Below, one piece after another: positions 28,029 through 37,699 of a stretch of DNA of 64,000 nucleotides. Position 1 is the first letter of the stretch; every line of letters begins with the position of its first letter. The position numbers and the translations under genes were made by a program. Under the pieces are notes generated by a model, which worked only from the letters and a program-made list of their open reading frames with translations, was not told where the DNA came from and searched no databases. The stretch comes from Candidatus Hadarchaeota archaeon (GTDB lineage: Archaea > Hadarchaeota > Hadarchaeia > Hadarchaeales > Hadarchaeaceae). Location: assembly GCA_040755315.1 (NCBI GenBank), contig JBFMBF010000001.1, positions 29,109 to 93,108 of the forward strand, given 5' to 3'.

Positions 28029-28823
28029 ATGAAAATGAAATGGTCGGAAGAAGAAATAGAAACGCTAAAAAAAGGATATTCAAAAATGGGGAGCCCATAC
28101 CTAACAACTGTTTTGAACAGAACTCAATGTGCAATAAATGTAAAGGCCAAAAGGTTAGGGTTGAAAGGATTTTCTGGGCACTGCCGCCGTTACAGCATGG
28201 ATGAAAATTATTTTGAACTAATAGACCACCCCAGACGCGCTTATTTACTTGGTTTACTGATGGCAGATGGTTATGTGTTTGGGAATAAAACGGCAAGTTA
28301 TGGGGTAGAACTGGGGTTGAAAATTTCTGATAGAGAACTTGTTAACATGTTAAAGACTGAACTTAAGGCGGAACACCCAATAAGAATACGCCCTCGAGGA
28401 AATACTGCGGATATTAGACTGATAGTGTTTTCAAAAAAATTGGCAGAATCATTAGTTGGGTGGGGAGTGAAGCAGAGGAAATCGCTAAGAGAGCGTTATC
28501 CACCTATTTTAGATGATGAAGAGCTCCACAGATTCTTTATTTTAGGATATTCTGATGGCGATGGCAGCATCAGCATCGACCAACAAGGCAAGTATAGATA
28601 CCTGAAGTGGCAACTTGTTGGGAACGGGAGATTTACCCAAACGGTTGCGTGTATTGTCCAAAAATTTTGTGGAGCAAGGGGCACCGTTTTCAAAAGCAAA
28701 AAAGTGCATGGAGATTTTACCGAGTTGCGATTTTGGGGGAAAGAAGCTGAAAAAGCCCTTCGATGGTTATACGGCAATGACACAACGAAAATTGGATTAA
28801 AACGCAAGAGGAAAGCTGGTTGA
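28029..28823 (+). CDS. LAGLIDADG homing endonuclease (double-motif, free-standing)
   Basis: Two LAGLIDADG motifs (YLLGLLMADGYV and FFILGYSDGDGSI). AT-rich. Located immediately 3' of tfs and followed by a duplicated tfs 3' end. Confidence 0.75.
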   Translation: MKMKWSEEEIETLKKGYSKMGSPYLTTVLNRTQCAINVKAKRLGLKGFSGHCRRYSMDENYFELIDHPRRAYLLGLLMADGYVFGNKTASYGVELGLKISDRELVNMLKTELKAEHPIRIRPRGNTADIRLIVFSKKLAESLVGWGVKQRKSLRERYPPILDDEELHRFFILGYSDGDGSISIDQQGKYRYLKWQLVGNGRFTQTVACIVQKFCGARGTVFKSKKVHGDFTELRFWGKEAEKALRWLYGNDTTKIGLKRKRKAG

Positions 28824-28833
28824 AGTGGATTAA

Positions 28834-28916
28834 TGCAAAAAACATGTAGCTCCACATCCACCGACACGCTTTTACCGTTGCACGAAATGCAAGAAGGTAT
28901 GGAGGGAGTACGCGTA
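28834..28916 (+). pseudogene. Displaced native 3'-end remnant of tfs
   Basis: Translates to CKKHVAPHPPTRFYRCTKCKKVWREYA*, aligning with the intact TFS C-terminus (...DEPATRFYRCVKCAHTWREYT*). Codon usage is GC3-rich like native genes. Upstream homology is decayed and contains a stop. Confidence 0.6.
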
Positions 28917-28925
28917 GGTGGTTGA

Positions 28926-29270
28926 ATGGAGGAGGTCAGACCTGTCGTGAAGCCCGCAGTCCCCAGAAGGGTCTCCGAGGTGGTCCCGGGGGAGGAAAGG
29001 GTGAAGGTGGCTGGGAATGTCGTGGACAAGCAGGAGTCAGAGTTCACCATTGACGATGGGTCGGGGAGGCTGCTCGTGGTTGCGGAGGATCCGTCGCTGG
29101 CCGTCGCTGTCGATGTCGGCGCCAAGGTCATTGTTTTTGGAGTGCCGATGGGGCTAGAGGGGTCGGCCGAGCTCCACGCCGAGATAGTGCAGAGGGTGGA
29201 CAGGCTGAACCTTGAGCTTTACGTAGGGGCATTGCAGGAGATGGAAAAGCTGAGGCAGGAGGTCGGCTGA
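28926..29270 (+). CDS. OB-fold nucleic-acid-binding domain protein, hypothetical
   Basis: VKVAGNVVDKQESEFTIDDGSGRLLVV resembles the tRNA_anti-codon/OB-fold pattern; immediately upstream of the PCNA gene. Confidence 0.35.
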   Translation: MEEVRPVVKPAVPRRVSEVVPGEERVKVAGNVVDKQESEFTIDDGSGRLLVVAEDPSLAVAVDVGAKVIVFGVPMGLEGSAELHAEIVQRVDRLNLELYVGALQEMEKLRQEVG

Positions 29271-30025
29271 TGGTCAGGGTGAAGATGGAGGACTCGAAGG
29301 TCTGGAAGTCATGCGTGAAGGCCATGGTCAACATAATCGAGGAGGCCTCTTTCAAGTTCACCCCCGAGAAGGTCAAGATGATGGCGATGGATCCGTCTCA
29401 TGTCGCCCTTGTGGACTTTGAGCTTCCGGCATCCGCTTTCAGCGAGTATGAGGTGGAGGAGCCGGCCACCATCGGGGTCAACCTTATGGAGATGGACAAG
29501 GTTCTCTCCAGGGCGAAGCCGGACGATGAGCTTGCAATGGAGCTGGACGACAAGCAGAGCAGGCTGAACTTCACTTTCAAGGGGGCTTCAACCAGGAAGC
29601 TGAACATGGCGCTGATAGACGTGAGGGAAGCGGAACTGAAGGAGCCGAAAATTCAGTTCACGGCCACGGCCGAGGTGCTGGCCGGAGTCCTCCAGGATGG
29701 GCTGAAGGATGCTGAGCTGGTTGGGGACAAGGTGAGGTTTGACGTGAAGGACAAGGAGCTTTCCATGGTGGCGGAGGGGGACAAGGGGACATCCGAGCTG
29801 AAGCTTGGGGACAAGGACGAGGGGCTGGTGAAGCTCAAGGCGGACAGGCCTGCCGGGGCGACGTTCGGCATAAGGTATCTGGCGGACATGGTTGGCGGTG
29901 CGGGATCAGGGGACCAAGTCAGCATAAGCTTGGGCTCCGACCTGCCGATCCAGCTGGACCTCCCGATAGCCGGGGGGAAGGGGAGACTGCGCTTCCTGCT
30001 GGCGCCGAGGATAGAGGCTGAGTGA
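29270..30025 (+). CDS. pcn: DNA polymerase sliding clamp PCNA
   Basis: Two-domain PCNA fold with conserved segments (IDVREAELKEP linker region, LAPRIE C-terminus); about 250 aa. Confidence 0.9.
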   Translation: MVRVKMEDSKVWKSCVKAMVNIIEEASFKFTPEKVKMMAMDPSHVALVDFELPASAFSEYEVEEPATIGVNLMEMDKVLSRAKPDDELAMELDDKQSRLNFTFKGASTRKLNMALIDVREAELKEPKIQFTATAEVLAGVLQDGLKDAELVGDKVRFDVKDKELSMVAEGDKGTSELKLGDKDEGLVKLKADRPAGATFGIRYLADMVGGAGSGDQVSISLGSDLPIQLDLPIAGGKGRLRFLLAPRIEAE

Positions 30026-30076
30026 GTCGCTGGCATCAGGGTTAAATGGTTTTTCAGATAGATATGGAGGGAGAAG

Positions 30077-31294
30077 TTGTCGGAATCTTTGAAGCCTAAG
30101 GATAAATTGTTTGACGAGAGTTACGTGCTTGAGTACATTCAGGGACTTGAGCGGAGGCTCAGGGATCTGGAGCAGGAAAAAAGGCACATCGAGGGGGAGT
30201 ACCTTAAGGTGGACAGGTCGCTCGCCAGCCTTCGAGCCGAGTTTGACCGCCTCAAGGCCCCGCCCATGGTGGCTGCGACAGTCCTGGATCTGCTCGAGGA
30301 CGGCAGGGCTGTGGTCAGGAGCAGCACAGGCCCACACTTCGTCGTCACGGTTTCCAACTTTGTGAAGTCGGACGACATAAAGCCTGGCTGCAGGGTCGCC
30401 CTCAACCAGAGGACCCTGAGCATAATGGAAATCCTGCCATCAAAGAGGGATCCGTTTGTCCTCGGGATGGAGATAGAGGAAGCGCCCGCAGTGTCTTACG
30501 GGGACATCGGGGGGCTGGAGGAGCAGATCAGGGAGGTTAAGGAGACGGTGGAGCTTCCGCTTCTCAAGCCAGAACTCTTCAAGAACGTCGGGATAGACCC
30601 CCCGAAGGGAGTCCTCCTCTACGGGGCTTCCGGCACCGGCAAGACTCTGGTGGCCCGGGCGGTGGCCCACGAGACAAAGGCCGCCTTCATCAGGGTCATA
30701 GGCTCGGAGCTCGTCCAGAAGTACATCGGGGAGGGGGCCAGGCTGGTAAGGGAGATGTTCGACCTTGCCCGCGAAAAGGCGCCGTCCATAGTCTTCATCG
30801 ACGAGCTGGACGCCATCGGCGCGAGGAGGCTCGACAGCTCCACTAGCGGAGACCGCGAGGTCCACAGGACCCTCATGCAGCTGCTGGCCGAGATAGACGG
30901 CTTCGACCCGAGGGGGGACGTCAGGATCATAGGGGCAACCAACAGACCGGACATCCTTGACCAGGCGCTTATGCGTCCGGGCAGGTTCGACAGGCTGATT
31001 TACTTCCCGCTGCCTGACGAGAAGGCGAGGCTCACTATTTTCAAAATCCATACAAAGAGCATGAATCTGGAGAAAGGTATAGACCTCGCGGCGTTTTCCC
31101 ATTCAACAGACAAGGCGACGGGGGCTGACATAAAGGCCATCTGCACAGAGGCGGGGATGTTCGCCATCCGCGACGAGAGGGGCTGTGTTGAGCAGGGAGA
31201 CTTTGACCGGGCGATAGCGAAGGTTCTCCCGCCGAACAAGTTTGTGGAAGTGCAGGACTTCGTGCCCAAGCCTGAAAAGATGTATGGCTACTGA
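30077..31294 (+). CDS. pan: Proteasome-activating nucleotidase (PAN, AAA+ ATPase)
   Basis: N-terminal coiled coil, OB domain, Walker A GASGTGKT, Walker B IVFIDELD, and second region of homology. Probable TTG start following a GGAGGGA SD-like run. Confidence 0.9.
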   Translation: MSESLKPKDKLFDESYVLEYIQGLERRLRDLEQEKRHIEGEYLKVDRSLASLRAEFDRLKAPPMVAATVLDLLEDGRAVVRSSTGPHFVVTVSNFVKSDDIKPGCRVALNQRTLSIMEILPSKRDPFVLGMEIEEAPAVSYGDIGGLEEQIREVKETVELPLLKPELFKNVGIDPPKGVLLYGASGTGKTLVARAVAHETKAAFIRVIGSELVQKYIGEGARLVREMFDLAREKAPSIVFIDELDAIGARRLDSSTSGDREVHRTLMQLLAEIDGFDPRGDVRIIGATNRPDILDQALMRPGRFDRLIYFPLPDEKARLTIFKIHTKSMNLEKGIDLAAFSHSTDKATGADIKAICTEAGMFAIRDERGCVEQGDFDRAIAKVLPPNKFVEVQDFVPKPEKMYGY

Positions 31295-32157
31295 CGCGGT
31301 TTCCCTTTAATTTTGAAGCGATTCAGGAGCAGGAGTATAGATGACCAGACTACGGCCACCCACAAGAGCAGGATAAAGATGCTCCACCCCGGAGAAGTTA
31401 AGAAAGTAAGCGACACGAAAGAGTTCAGCAATGTCTGTGTCAAAATCAAAAAGAAGTTGTGCGTGGCGTGAAATGATATCGGGCAAATCAGGTTTTGTCT
31501 TGTCTTGAAGTAGATGTAACCAAAAAAGAAACCAGCTGGCAATATCCCCAGAAATGCGTTGATCAACTGGACTTGGACGATGCTCCAAGTCGCTCCGGGC
31601 AACAGCTGCCAAACTTTAATGATGGTGACAAAAGAAAAATGAGCCATCGCGAAGAGCAGAGATGCAACAATAAGAGATTTTAAGTACCCATATCTTAATT
31701 TGAAGATCCTCTGAATGTAACCTCGGAATGCGGCTTCCTCGACCGCAGCGAGAACCAGCAGCACTTCAAAAGTGATTAGCAGGGTGGCAATCATCACAAC
31801 TGCCGGGGTTTCAGTAGCCGGAAGTGAAAGCACCGACACCAGTCCGGCCCACCTGAAAAGGCCGAACAGCGCCATCAGCGATAGTGAACTCACGGCGCCC
31901 AAAATTACTCCAAGAAGAGCCAGGCGGGGCCAACCCTTCACTCGTTTGAAACCCAAGTCCTTCAGAGTGAACCCCTGAAACCCGTTAAAAATCACTAAAC
32001 AAGCGAACATGAACGGGTAGTAAAAAAGCGTCAATACGACGGCGGTCAAAGCGGAAGGCTGTTCCAAATCAACGCCATACCAAGCCAGCAGGTGCAGAGT
32101 GGAATAATAAATCAGAAAAAGCAGGATGGGAAGCAAAACAGAAGGGCGCTTTTTCAC
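31288..32157 (-). CDS. CPBP (CAAX protease / Abi) family intramembrane metalloprotease
   Basis: EEAAFRGY (EExxxR motif) and FAMAHF (FxxxH motif) within a polytopic membrane protein. Confidence 0.7.
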   Translation of the reverse strand: MKKRPSVLLPILLFLIYYSTLHLLAWYGVDLEQPSALTAVVLTLFYYPFMFACLVIFNGFQGFTLKDLGFKRVKGWPRLALLGVILGAVSSLSLMALFGLFRWAGLVSVLSLPATETPAVVMIATLLITFEVLLVLAAVEEAAFRGYIQRIFKLRYGYLKSLIVASLLFAMAHFSFVTIIKVWQLLPGATWSIVQVQLINAFLGILPAGFFFGYIYFKTRQNLICPISFHATHNFFLILTQTLLNSFVSLTFLTSPGWSIFILLLWVAVVWSSILLLLNRFKIKGKPRQ

Positions 32158-33557
32158 GCTATCAGCCGGTCGGCATTTTTTCGTTTTTTTCTTGTTTTGA
32201 GTTTTGTTAGAAGCAACTTTGTGACTGCCCTCGGGTCGGCTCTTCCCCTGGTCAACCCCATGACCTTGCCGGCAAGGAAGTTCAGCGCCTCCTTCTTACC
32301 CTCTCGGTAGTCCTTGACCGCCTTCGGGTTCTCCTTGATTGCTTTAGATACAGCCGTTGCCAGCTCCGATTTTTTCAGCGGAATCAACCCCAGCTTCGCC
32401 AGCAGCTCCTCTGGTTCAGCTGGACGCTCGGCCAGCTCCCGCAGGACCATCTCCCCCTGCTCTGGGGTCACTCTCTTGGCTTTCACAAGCTTGAGCAGGC
32501 CAGACAGCTGCAGCGGCGTGAACTTGACATCCGCCGCCCGCAGGTTCATGTAGTTAAGCACCTTCTTCAGCTTGGTTCTGAACCAGGTGGCGGCCAGCTT
32601 TGGGTCAACCTCTTTGGCCACCTCCTCGTAAAGGTCCGCAAGCTCCCGTTCGCTGGCTATGACCTCCGCCGCGGGCTTCTGGATTTTGTACTGCTCCACG
32701 AGGCGCTGCTCCCTGAGGTGCGGCGCCTCAGCCATTTTCCCCCTGACTCCATCAACCCTAACTTCGTCAAGAATCAGCGGGAAGATGTCCGGGTCGGGAA
32801 TGTAGCGGTAGTCCTCCTCCATCTCCTTTGTCCTCATCGGCACAGTTGTCATCTGGCTCTCGAGGTAGGCCCTGGTCTCGCGCGTGACGGCCTCCCCGCG
32901 CTTGAGCTTGCCCCGCTGCCTCATTATCTCAAACTTCAGGGCCTTGTAGGCGCCCTTCACGGAGTTGATGTTTTTGACCTCCACCCTTCCCCCGCCCTCG
33001 AGTGAAATGTTGACATCGGCGCGCATGGCCCCGCCCGCCTCCGGCCTTACCTTCCCCGTGTACTCAAGCACCCGCGTGAGCAGGCGCAGGAACTTCCGGG
33101 CCTCCTCGGGAGACTTCATGTCAGGCTCGGTCACGATTTCCACGAGCGGCACCCCGGACCTGTTGTAGTCCACCGTCCCGGCCACAGGGTCGTACTGCCC
33201 GGGGTCCTCCTCCATGTGGACCTCCCTTATTCTCACGCCCTCGAGCGCCCCTTCCTTGGCGATGGGCAGGCTGGTGCGCTGGTAGCCGGAAGGCAGGTCG
33301 GGATAGTCGTAGTGCTTTCTCTGGACAAATATTGTTTTGCCAGTGATTATCCGGCACCCAAGCATTAATGCAATTTCAATTGCCGCATCGACCGACCGTT
33401 CATTAGGCGGCAATGGCTTGGCTCCTGGCATCCCCGTGCAGATGTGGCAGACGTTCGTGTTTGGCGGGACATCCTGGTAGTTGGTGGGGCAGTTGCAGTA
33501 CATCTTTTGCCCGGTCGTCAGCTGCTGGTGGACCTCCAGCCCGATTTTTATCTTCAT
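32154..33557 (-). CDS. gatB: Asp-tRNA(Asn)/Glu-tRNA(Gln) amidotransferase subunit B
   Basis: MKIKIGLEVHQQL N-terminus, conserved GatB core, and a GatB_Yqey C-terminal domain; about 467 aa. Confidence 0.9.
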   Translation of the reverse strand: MKIKIGLEVHQQLTTGQKMYCNCPTNYQDVPPNTNVCHICTGMPGAKPLPPNERSVDAAIEIALMLGCRIITGKTIFVQRKHYDYPDLPSGYQRTSLPIAKEGALEGVRIREVHMEEDPGQYDPVAGTVDYNRSGVPLVEIVTEPDMKSPEEARKFLRLLTRVLEYTGKVRPEAGGAMRADVNISLEGGGRVEVKNINSVKGAYKALKFEIMRQRGKLKRGEAVTRETRAYLESQMTTVPMRTKEMEEDYRYIPDPDIFPLILDEVRVDGVRGKMAEAPHLREQRLVEQYKIQKPAAEVIASERELADLYEEVAKEVDPKLAATWFRTKLKKVLNYMNLRAADVKFTPLQLSGLLKLVKAKRVTPEQGEMVLRELAERPAEPEELLAKLGLIPLKKSELATAVSKAIKENPKAVKDYREGKKEALNFLAGKVMGLTRGRADPRAVTKLLLTKLKTRKKRKNADRLIA

Positions 33558-34921
33558 GATGCAGCCTCCAGCGCCTTCATCACGCGGAACACCTCAGACT
33601 CCCCGAGAACCTTTCCTTGAACTTGCAGACCCACTGGGATTCCACCAACATCCCCCGCCTTGACCACACCTCCGCATATTCCAGCGAGGTTGGTTGGGAT
33701 GGTAAGGTAATCATATCCGTACATGTCTATTGGGGTGAGCTTCGTCCCGAACTTGTGAGGAAGCTTCGGTACCGTCGGCCCGACAATGACGTCCACCTTC
33801 CCCAATGCCGCCATCAGTTCCTGCTGGATTAATGTCCTGACCTGGAGAGCCCGCTGGTAGAACTTCCCGCGGTATTCCTTCTGGCTGATGTAGCGCCCGC
33901 GCAGGATTCTCCTCAGAACCTCCTCTCCACAGACCTCCTCTATCTTCTTCCCGTACTTCCTCCCGTCAAACTTCCTGGTCCCCGAGAAGAACTCCACAGA
34001 GACTATCAAGTAATATGCTGGGAGGCCGTGCTCGAGGTTGGGCAGCTCAACATCCACAATTTCCGCGCCAAGGTCCCGCAGCTTTTCAACAGCCTTATCG
34101 ATGACTCCCATGACCGCCGGCTCCGTGAGTTCGGTGAACTTGCGGCTCACGCCAACCCTCATCCCCTTGACCCCGCCGTCGAGCTGGCCCATGTAGCTTA
34201 CTTTGTCAACGTCCAGCATCACGCACTCGTTTGAGGTCTTGCCAGCAATCGTTTCGAGAAGCAGAGCCGCGCCAGCGACGTCGGGAGCCATCGGCCCTAT
34301 CTGGTCCAAGCTCATCCCCAGGTCGATCAGCCCCTGCCTTGGGACAAGCCCGTACGTCGGCTTCACCCCGACTATCCCGCAGTGGCTCGCTGGGTTCCTG
34401 ATGGAGCCACCGGTGTCTGTCCCGATGCACAGGTCGGCCAGCCCCCCAGCCACCGCCGCCCCCCCGCCGCTGCTGGAGCCGCCGGGGATGTGGCCTGGGG
34501 CGGCAGGGTTGTCTGTCGGGCCGAAGGCGCTCGTCTCCCCGCTTGAGCCGCACGCAAACTCGTCCATGTTGTTCATCCCGATGACAATTCCACCCTCAGC
34601 TCGTACACGCTTCACAACTTCTGCGTCGTATATCGAGACGTAATTTTCAAGGGTGTGGGAAGCGCAGGTGGCCCGGAGGCCCGTGACGTTGATGTTTGAC
34701 TTGATTCCAATCGCAAGGCCGGCAAGCCTCCCGACTTTCTCGCCGCTTTTGAGCTTCCTGTCAATCGTTTCGGCTTCTGCTGGGGCATTCTGGTTCAGCT
34801 CAATGAAGGCGTTTATCTCCTTGTTCAGCTTTTCAATCCTTTCGAGCGTCTGCCACATGTTTTCCACGGCCGAGAGCTCCCCACGCCTTATTCTCTCGAG
34901 CTTCTCTAGCGTCCCGCCCAT
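33554..34921 (-). CDS. gatA: Glutamyl-tRNA(Gln) amidotransferase subunit A (amidase signature family)
   Basis: GGSSSGGGAAVAGG amidase signature and a Ser-cisSer-Lys triad context; about 455 aa. Confidence 0.9.
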   Translation of the reverse strand: MGGTLEKLERIRRGELSAVENMWQTLERIEKLNKEINAFIELNQNAPAEAETIDRKLKSGEKVGRLAGLAIGIKSNINVTGLRATCASHTLENYVSIYDAEVVKRVRAEGGIVIGMNNMDEFACGSSGETSAFGPTDNPAAPGHIPGGSSSGGGAAVAGGLADLCIGTDTGGSIRNPASHCGIVGVKPTYGLVPRQGLIDLGMSLDQIGPMAPDVAGAALLLETIAGKTSNECVMLDVDKVSYMGQLDGGVKGMRVGVSRKFTELTEPAVMGVIDKAVEKLRDLGAEIVDVELPNLEHGLPAYYLIVSVEFFSGTRKFDGRKYGKKIEEVCGEEVLRRILRGRYISQKEYRGKFYQRALQVRTLIQQELMAALGKVDVIVGPTVPKLPHKFGTKLTPIDMYGYDYLTIPTNLAGICGGVVKAGDVGGIPVGLQVQGKVLGESEVFRVMKALEAAS

Positions 34922-35160
34922 TTTGCTACCTCCACCTTCAGGTTGCCGGCCTCGTCGGAGCCGGGCATCACTGAAATGAACCTCTTCCTGAACCTCGCCA
35001 GCTCGTCGGGCGGCGTGGGCGTCCCATCTGGCCTGACGATGTTGTGCTCCTCTTGGCTGTAGTACATCTCCTTGGTTTCGGGAAGACTCTTGGCAGCCTC
35101 GACAAACGACTCTACAATCTCCTCCGCGCTTTTTTCAATCTCCTTCAATTTTTCGGCCAT
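34906..35160 (-). CDS. gatC: Amidotransferase subunit C
   Basis: Small (84 aa) acidic helical protein immediately upstream of and overlapping gatA, in canonical gatCAB order. Confidence 0.55.
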   Translation of the reverse strand: MAEKLKEIEKSAEEIVESFVEAAKSLPETKEMYYSQEEHNIVRPDGTPTPPDELARFRKRFISVMPGSDEAGNLKVEVAKWAGR

Positions 35161-35233
35161 TTTAACCCCACTTGATATGTTTGTGCCATATGAAAAACTT
35201 TAGTTATGGGGCGCTATTGTATTATTGAGTTGG

Positions 35234-36262
35234 ATGAAAAAGGTCGCAAAGTTCTGGAAGGAAATGCCCGGCGGAAAGGTCGGCTGCTCCCTCTGCCCGT
35301 GGAGGTGCACGATAGCAGACGGGAAGGTTGGTGTCTGCAGGGCCAGGAAAAACGAGGGCGGGAAGCTTTACTCCCTTGTTTATGGTTCTCTTGTCTCGAT
35401 GGCAGTTGACCCGATCGAGAAGAAGCCGTTCTACCACTTTTACCCGGGCAGCACTTCATTCTCTATCTCTGCGCCGGGATGCAACTTCTCATGCGGGCAC
35501 TGCCAGAACTGGTCTATTTCCCAGGCCAGCGTGGAGAGCGTGCCGTTTGAAGATGTCCCGCCGGAGAAGGTGATCGAGCTGGCCAAGCGCTACGGGTGCA
35601 AAGGGATTTCCCACACGTACACGGAGCCGACAATATGGTCCGAGTACGCGATTGACGTGGGGAAGCTTGCCCACCGCTCGGGGCTTTACAACTCATTTGT
35701 GACAAACGGCTACATCACTATTGAAGCATTGGAGGAGCTCGGCCCATACCTTGACGCCTCGAATGTCGATGTCAAAGCTTTCACGGACCGCTTCTATAAA
35801 GAGGTCTGCCATGTGGCCGGCATCCGCCCGGTCCTAGCGACATGCGAGTGGCTGGTCGAGAACGACAAGCATCTAGAGGTGACATATCTAGTGATTCCGG
35901 GTGAGAACGACTCCAGTGAGGAGATCTACAAGTTCTGCAAGTGGGCGGCGGAGAAGCTTGGTCCCAATGTTCCCATCCATTTCAGCCGCTTCTACCCCCA
36001 CTACAGGATGGCCGACCGCGAGCCCACGCCGGTCAGGACACTCGAGGGCGCCCTTGACATAGCGAAGAAGGCGGGGCTGCTCTATGTTTACATAGGGAAC
36101 GTCCCCGGGCACGAGTTTGACAACACATACTGCCCGAAGTGCGGGGAGATGCTTGTAGAAAGGCAGGGTTTCGACATCCTTCAGTACAAGTTGAAAGACC
36201 ACAAGTGTCACAAGTGCGGGGCGGAGATAAACATCCGCGGGGAATACAGCCCAGTCAGGTAA
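35234..36262 (+). CDS. AmmeMemoRadiSam-system radical SAM enzyme (PFL-activase-like)
   Basis: CxxCxxxC-type cluster (CNFSCGHCQNW), an N-terminal CSLCPWRC...C cluster, and PIEKKPFYHFYPGS typical of TIGR04337. A C-terminal CPKCG...CHKCG zinc ribbon is also present. Confidence 0.6.
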   Translation: MKKVAKFWKEMPGGKVGCSLCPWRCTIADGKVGVCRARKNEGGKLYSLVYGSLVSMAVDPIEKKPFYHFYPGSTSFSISAPGCNFSCGHCQNWSISQASVESVPFEDVPPEKVIELAKRYGCKGISHTYTEPTIWSEYAIDVGKLAHRSGLYNSFVTNGYITIEALEELGPYLDASNVDVKAFTDRFYKEVCHVAGIRPVLATCEWLVENDKHLEVTYLVIPGENDSSEEIYKFCKWAAEKLGPNVPIHFSRFYPHYRMADREPTPVRTLEGALDIAKKAGLLYVYIGNVPGHEFDNTYCPKCGEMLVERQGFDILQYKLKDHKCHKCGAEINIRGEYSPVR

Positions 36263-37607
36263 TGCTGTTTATGGCCTTTTCCAGTTCTTCCATGCCTATT
36301 TTCACAAGCTGCCCGGCTCGCTCCTCTGTCTTTGCCTCGGCGAAGCACCTGAACAAGGGCTCAGTGCCCGAGGGCCTCAGCAGCAGCCAGCCGTCGTCGA
36401 AGTCCACCCTCAAGCCGTCTATCCTGTTAAGCTTGTACTTTGAGAACCTCTCGGACAGGACTTCCAGGACCTTTTGCTTTAGCTCGTTTGGGCACTTGGC
36501 TCTCTGCTTCACCTGGTAGTAGTTTGGCAGGGTGGAGTTTAGCTCCGAGACGGTGCCTCCGCTCTCGTCGACAGCAGCCATGAACTGGATTGCAGTCATT
36601 ATTCCCTCCCGGCAGTAGGTCCAGTCGAAGAACAGCACCCCTCCGTTCTCCTCGCCGCCGAGGTCGCCGCCGTGTTTCTTGAACTCTCCGACTATCTCCG
36701 GCTCCCCCACGCGGGTCCTTGTCACGGTGCCGCCGAGCCTCGCGGCCATGTCGTCTATCACGGAGCTGGTCGCGACTGTTGTTATTATCCTTGGAGATTT
36801 TCTCCCCATGAGGTGGTGCATGGCAGCAAACGCGAACACCCTGTCCCCGCTCAGTATTTTTCCTGTCTCGTCCACCACCAAAGTCCTGTCTGCGTCGCCA
36901 TCGTGGGCAATCCCGGCATCAGCCTTGCAGGCGACCACTGTCTTGGCAAGCTCTCCCAGGTTTTCGGGCACGGGCTCCAGCTTTCGGCCGGGGAAGGTGC
37001 CGTCCAGCTGGGAGTTCATGGAGATCACCTGGCAGCCGAGTTCCCTGAGCAGTTGTGGCGTGACCAAAGTCCCGACCGCGTTGGCGCAGTCCACCACCAC
37101 CCTGAGCTTCCGCTTGAACTTGGGCACTTTCTTCAGGGTTGATTGTATGTAAGGGGCGATGGCGTCAGCAACAGCAGTTTTTCCTATCTCCTGCCACCCG
37201 ACGGTCTTCCCAACCTCCAGCGCACGTTCTATTTCCTTCTCGCGCTCCCGCTCGAAGCCGGCTCCGTCTGACCCCCAAAACTTCATCCCGTTGTACTCCG
37301 CAGGGTTGTGGGAGGCGGTGATGATCACTCCGGCATCGCATGAGAAGTGGGGGATGGCGAACGATAGGACAGGCGTCGGGGTCAGGCCGAGCCTCAGAAC
37401 ATCGCACCCGCCCGCGAGGAGCCCAGCCGTGACGGCGTTTTCGATCATGACGCTTGATGTCCGGTTGTCGTGCCCCACGGCGACCTTTTTTTTCCCGCCC
37501 AGGTGGTTGGCCAGAGCCAGCGCCAGCTTGAAAGCCATCTCAGGAGTCAGCTCCTTGTTGGCCAGCCCGCGGACGCCGAATGTTCCGAAAAGCTTTGCCA
37601 AGATCAC
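36255..37607 (-). CDS. Phosphoglucosamine mutase / phosphomannomutase (alpha-D-phosphohexomutase family)
   Basis: KLFGTFGVRG N-terminal motif and GIIITASHNPAEYNGMKF active-site Ser loop. Start set to a GTG near 37607; the ATG-based ORF to 37757 would overlap the divergent gene. Confidence 0.8.
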   Translation of the reverse strand: MILAKLFGTFGVRGLANKELTPEMAFKLALALANHLGGKKKVAVGHDNRTSSVMIENAVTAGLLAGGCDVLRLGLTPTPVLSFAIPHFSCDAGVIITASHNPAEYNGMKFWGSDGAGFEREREKEIERALEVGKTVGWQEIGKTAVADAIAPYIQSTLKKVPKFKRKLRVVVDCANAVGTLVTPQLLRELGCQVISMNSQLDGTFPGRKLEPVPENLGELAKTVVACKADAGIAHDGDADRTLVVDETGKILSGDRVFAFAAMHHLMGRKSPRIITTVATSSVIDDMAARLGGTVTRTRVGEPEIVGEFKKHGGDLGGEENGGVLFFDWTYCREGIMTAIQFMAAVDESGGTVSELNSTLPNYYQVKQRAKCPNELKQKVLEVLSERFSKYKLNRIDGLRVDFDDGWLLLRPSGTEPLFRCFAEAKTEERAGQLVKIGMEELEKAINSIT

Positions 37608-37699
37608 CAAGAGTAATAATCTGTCAGCTATTAAATCGTGCCTGTTTTTTTGCAAAGTTAGCTTTATTTCGGCGTCGAGAATTCTAAGTAAGGGGTATA

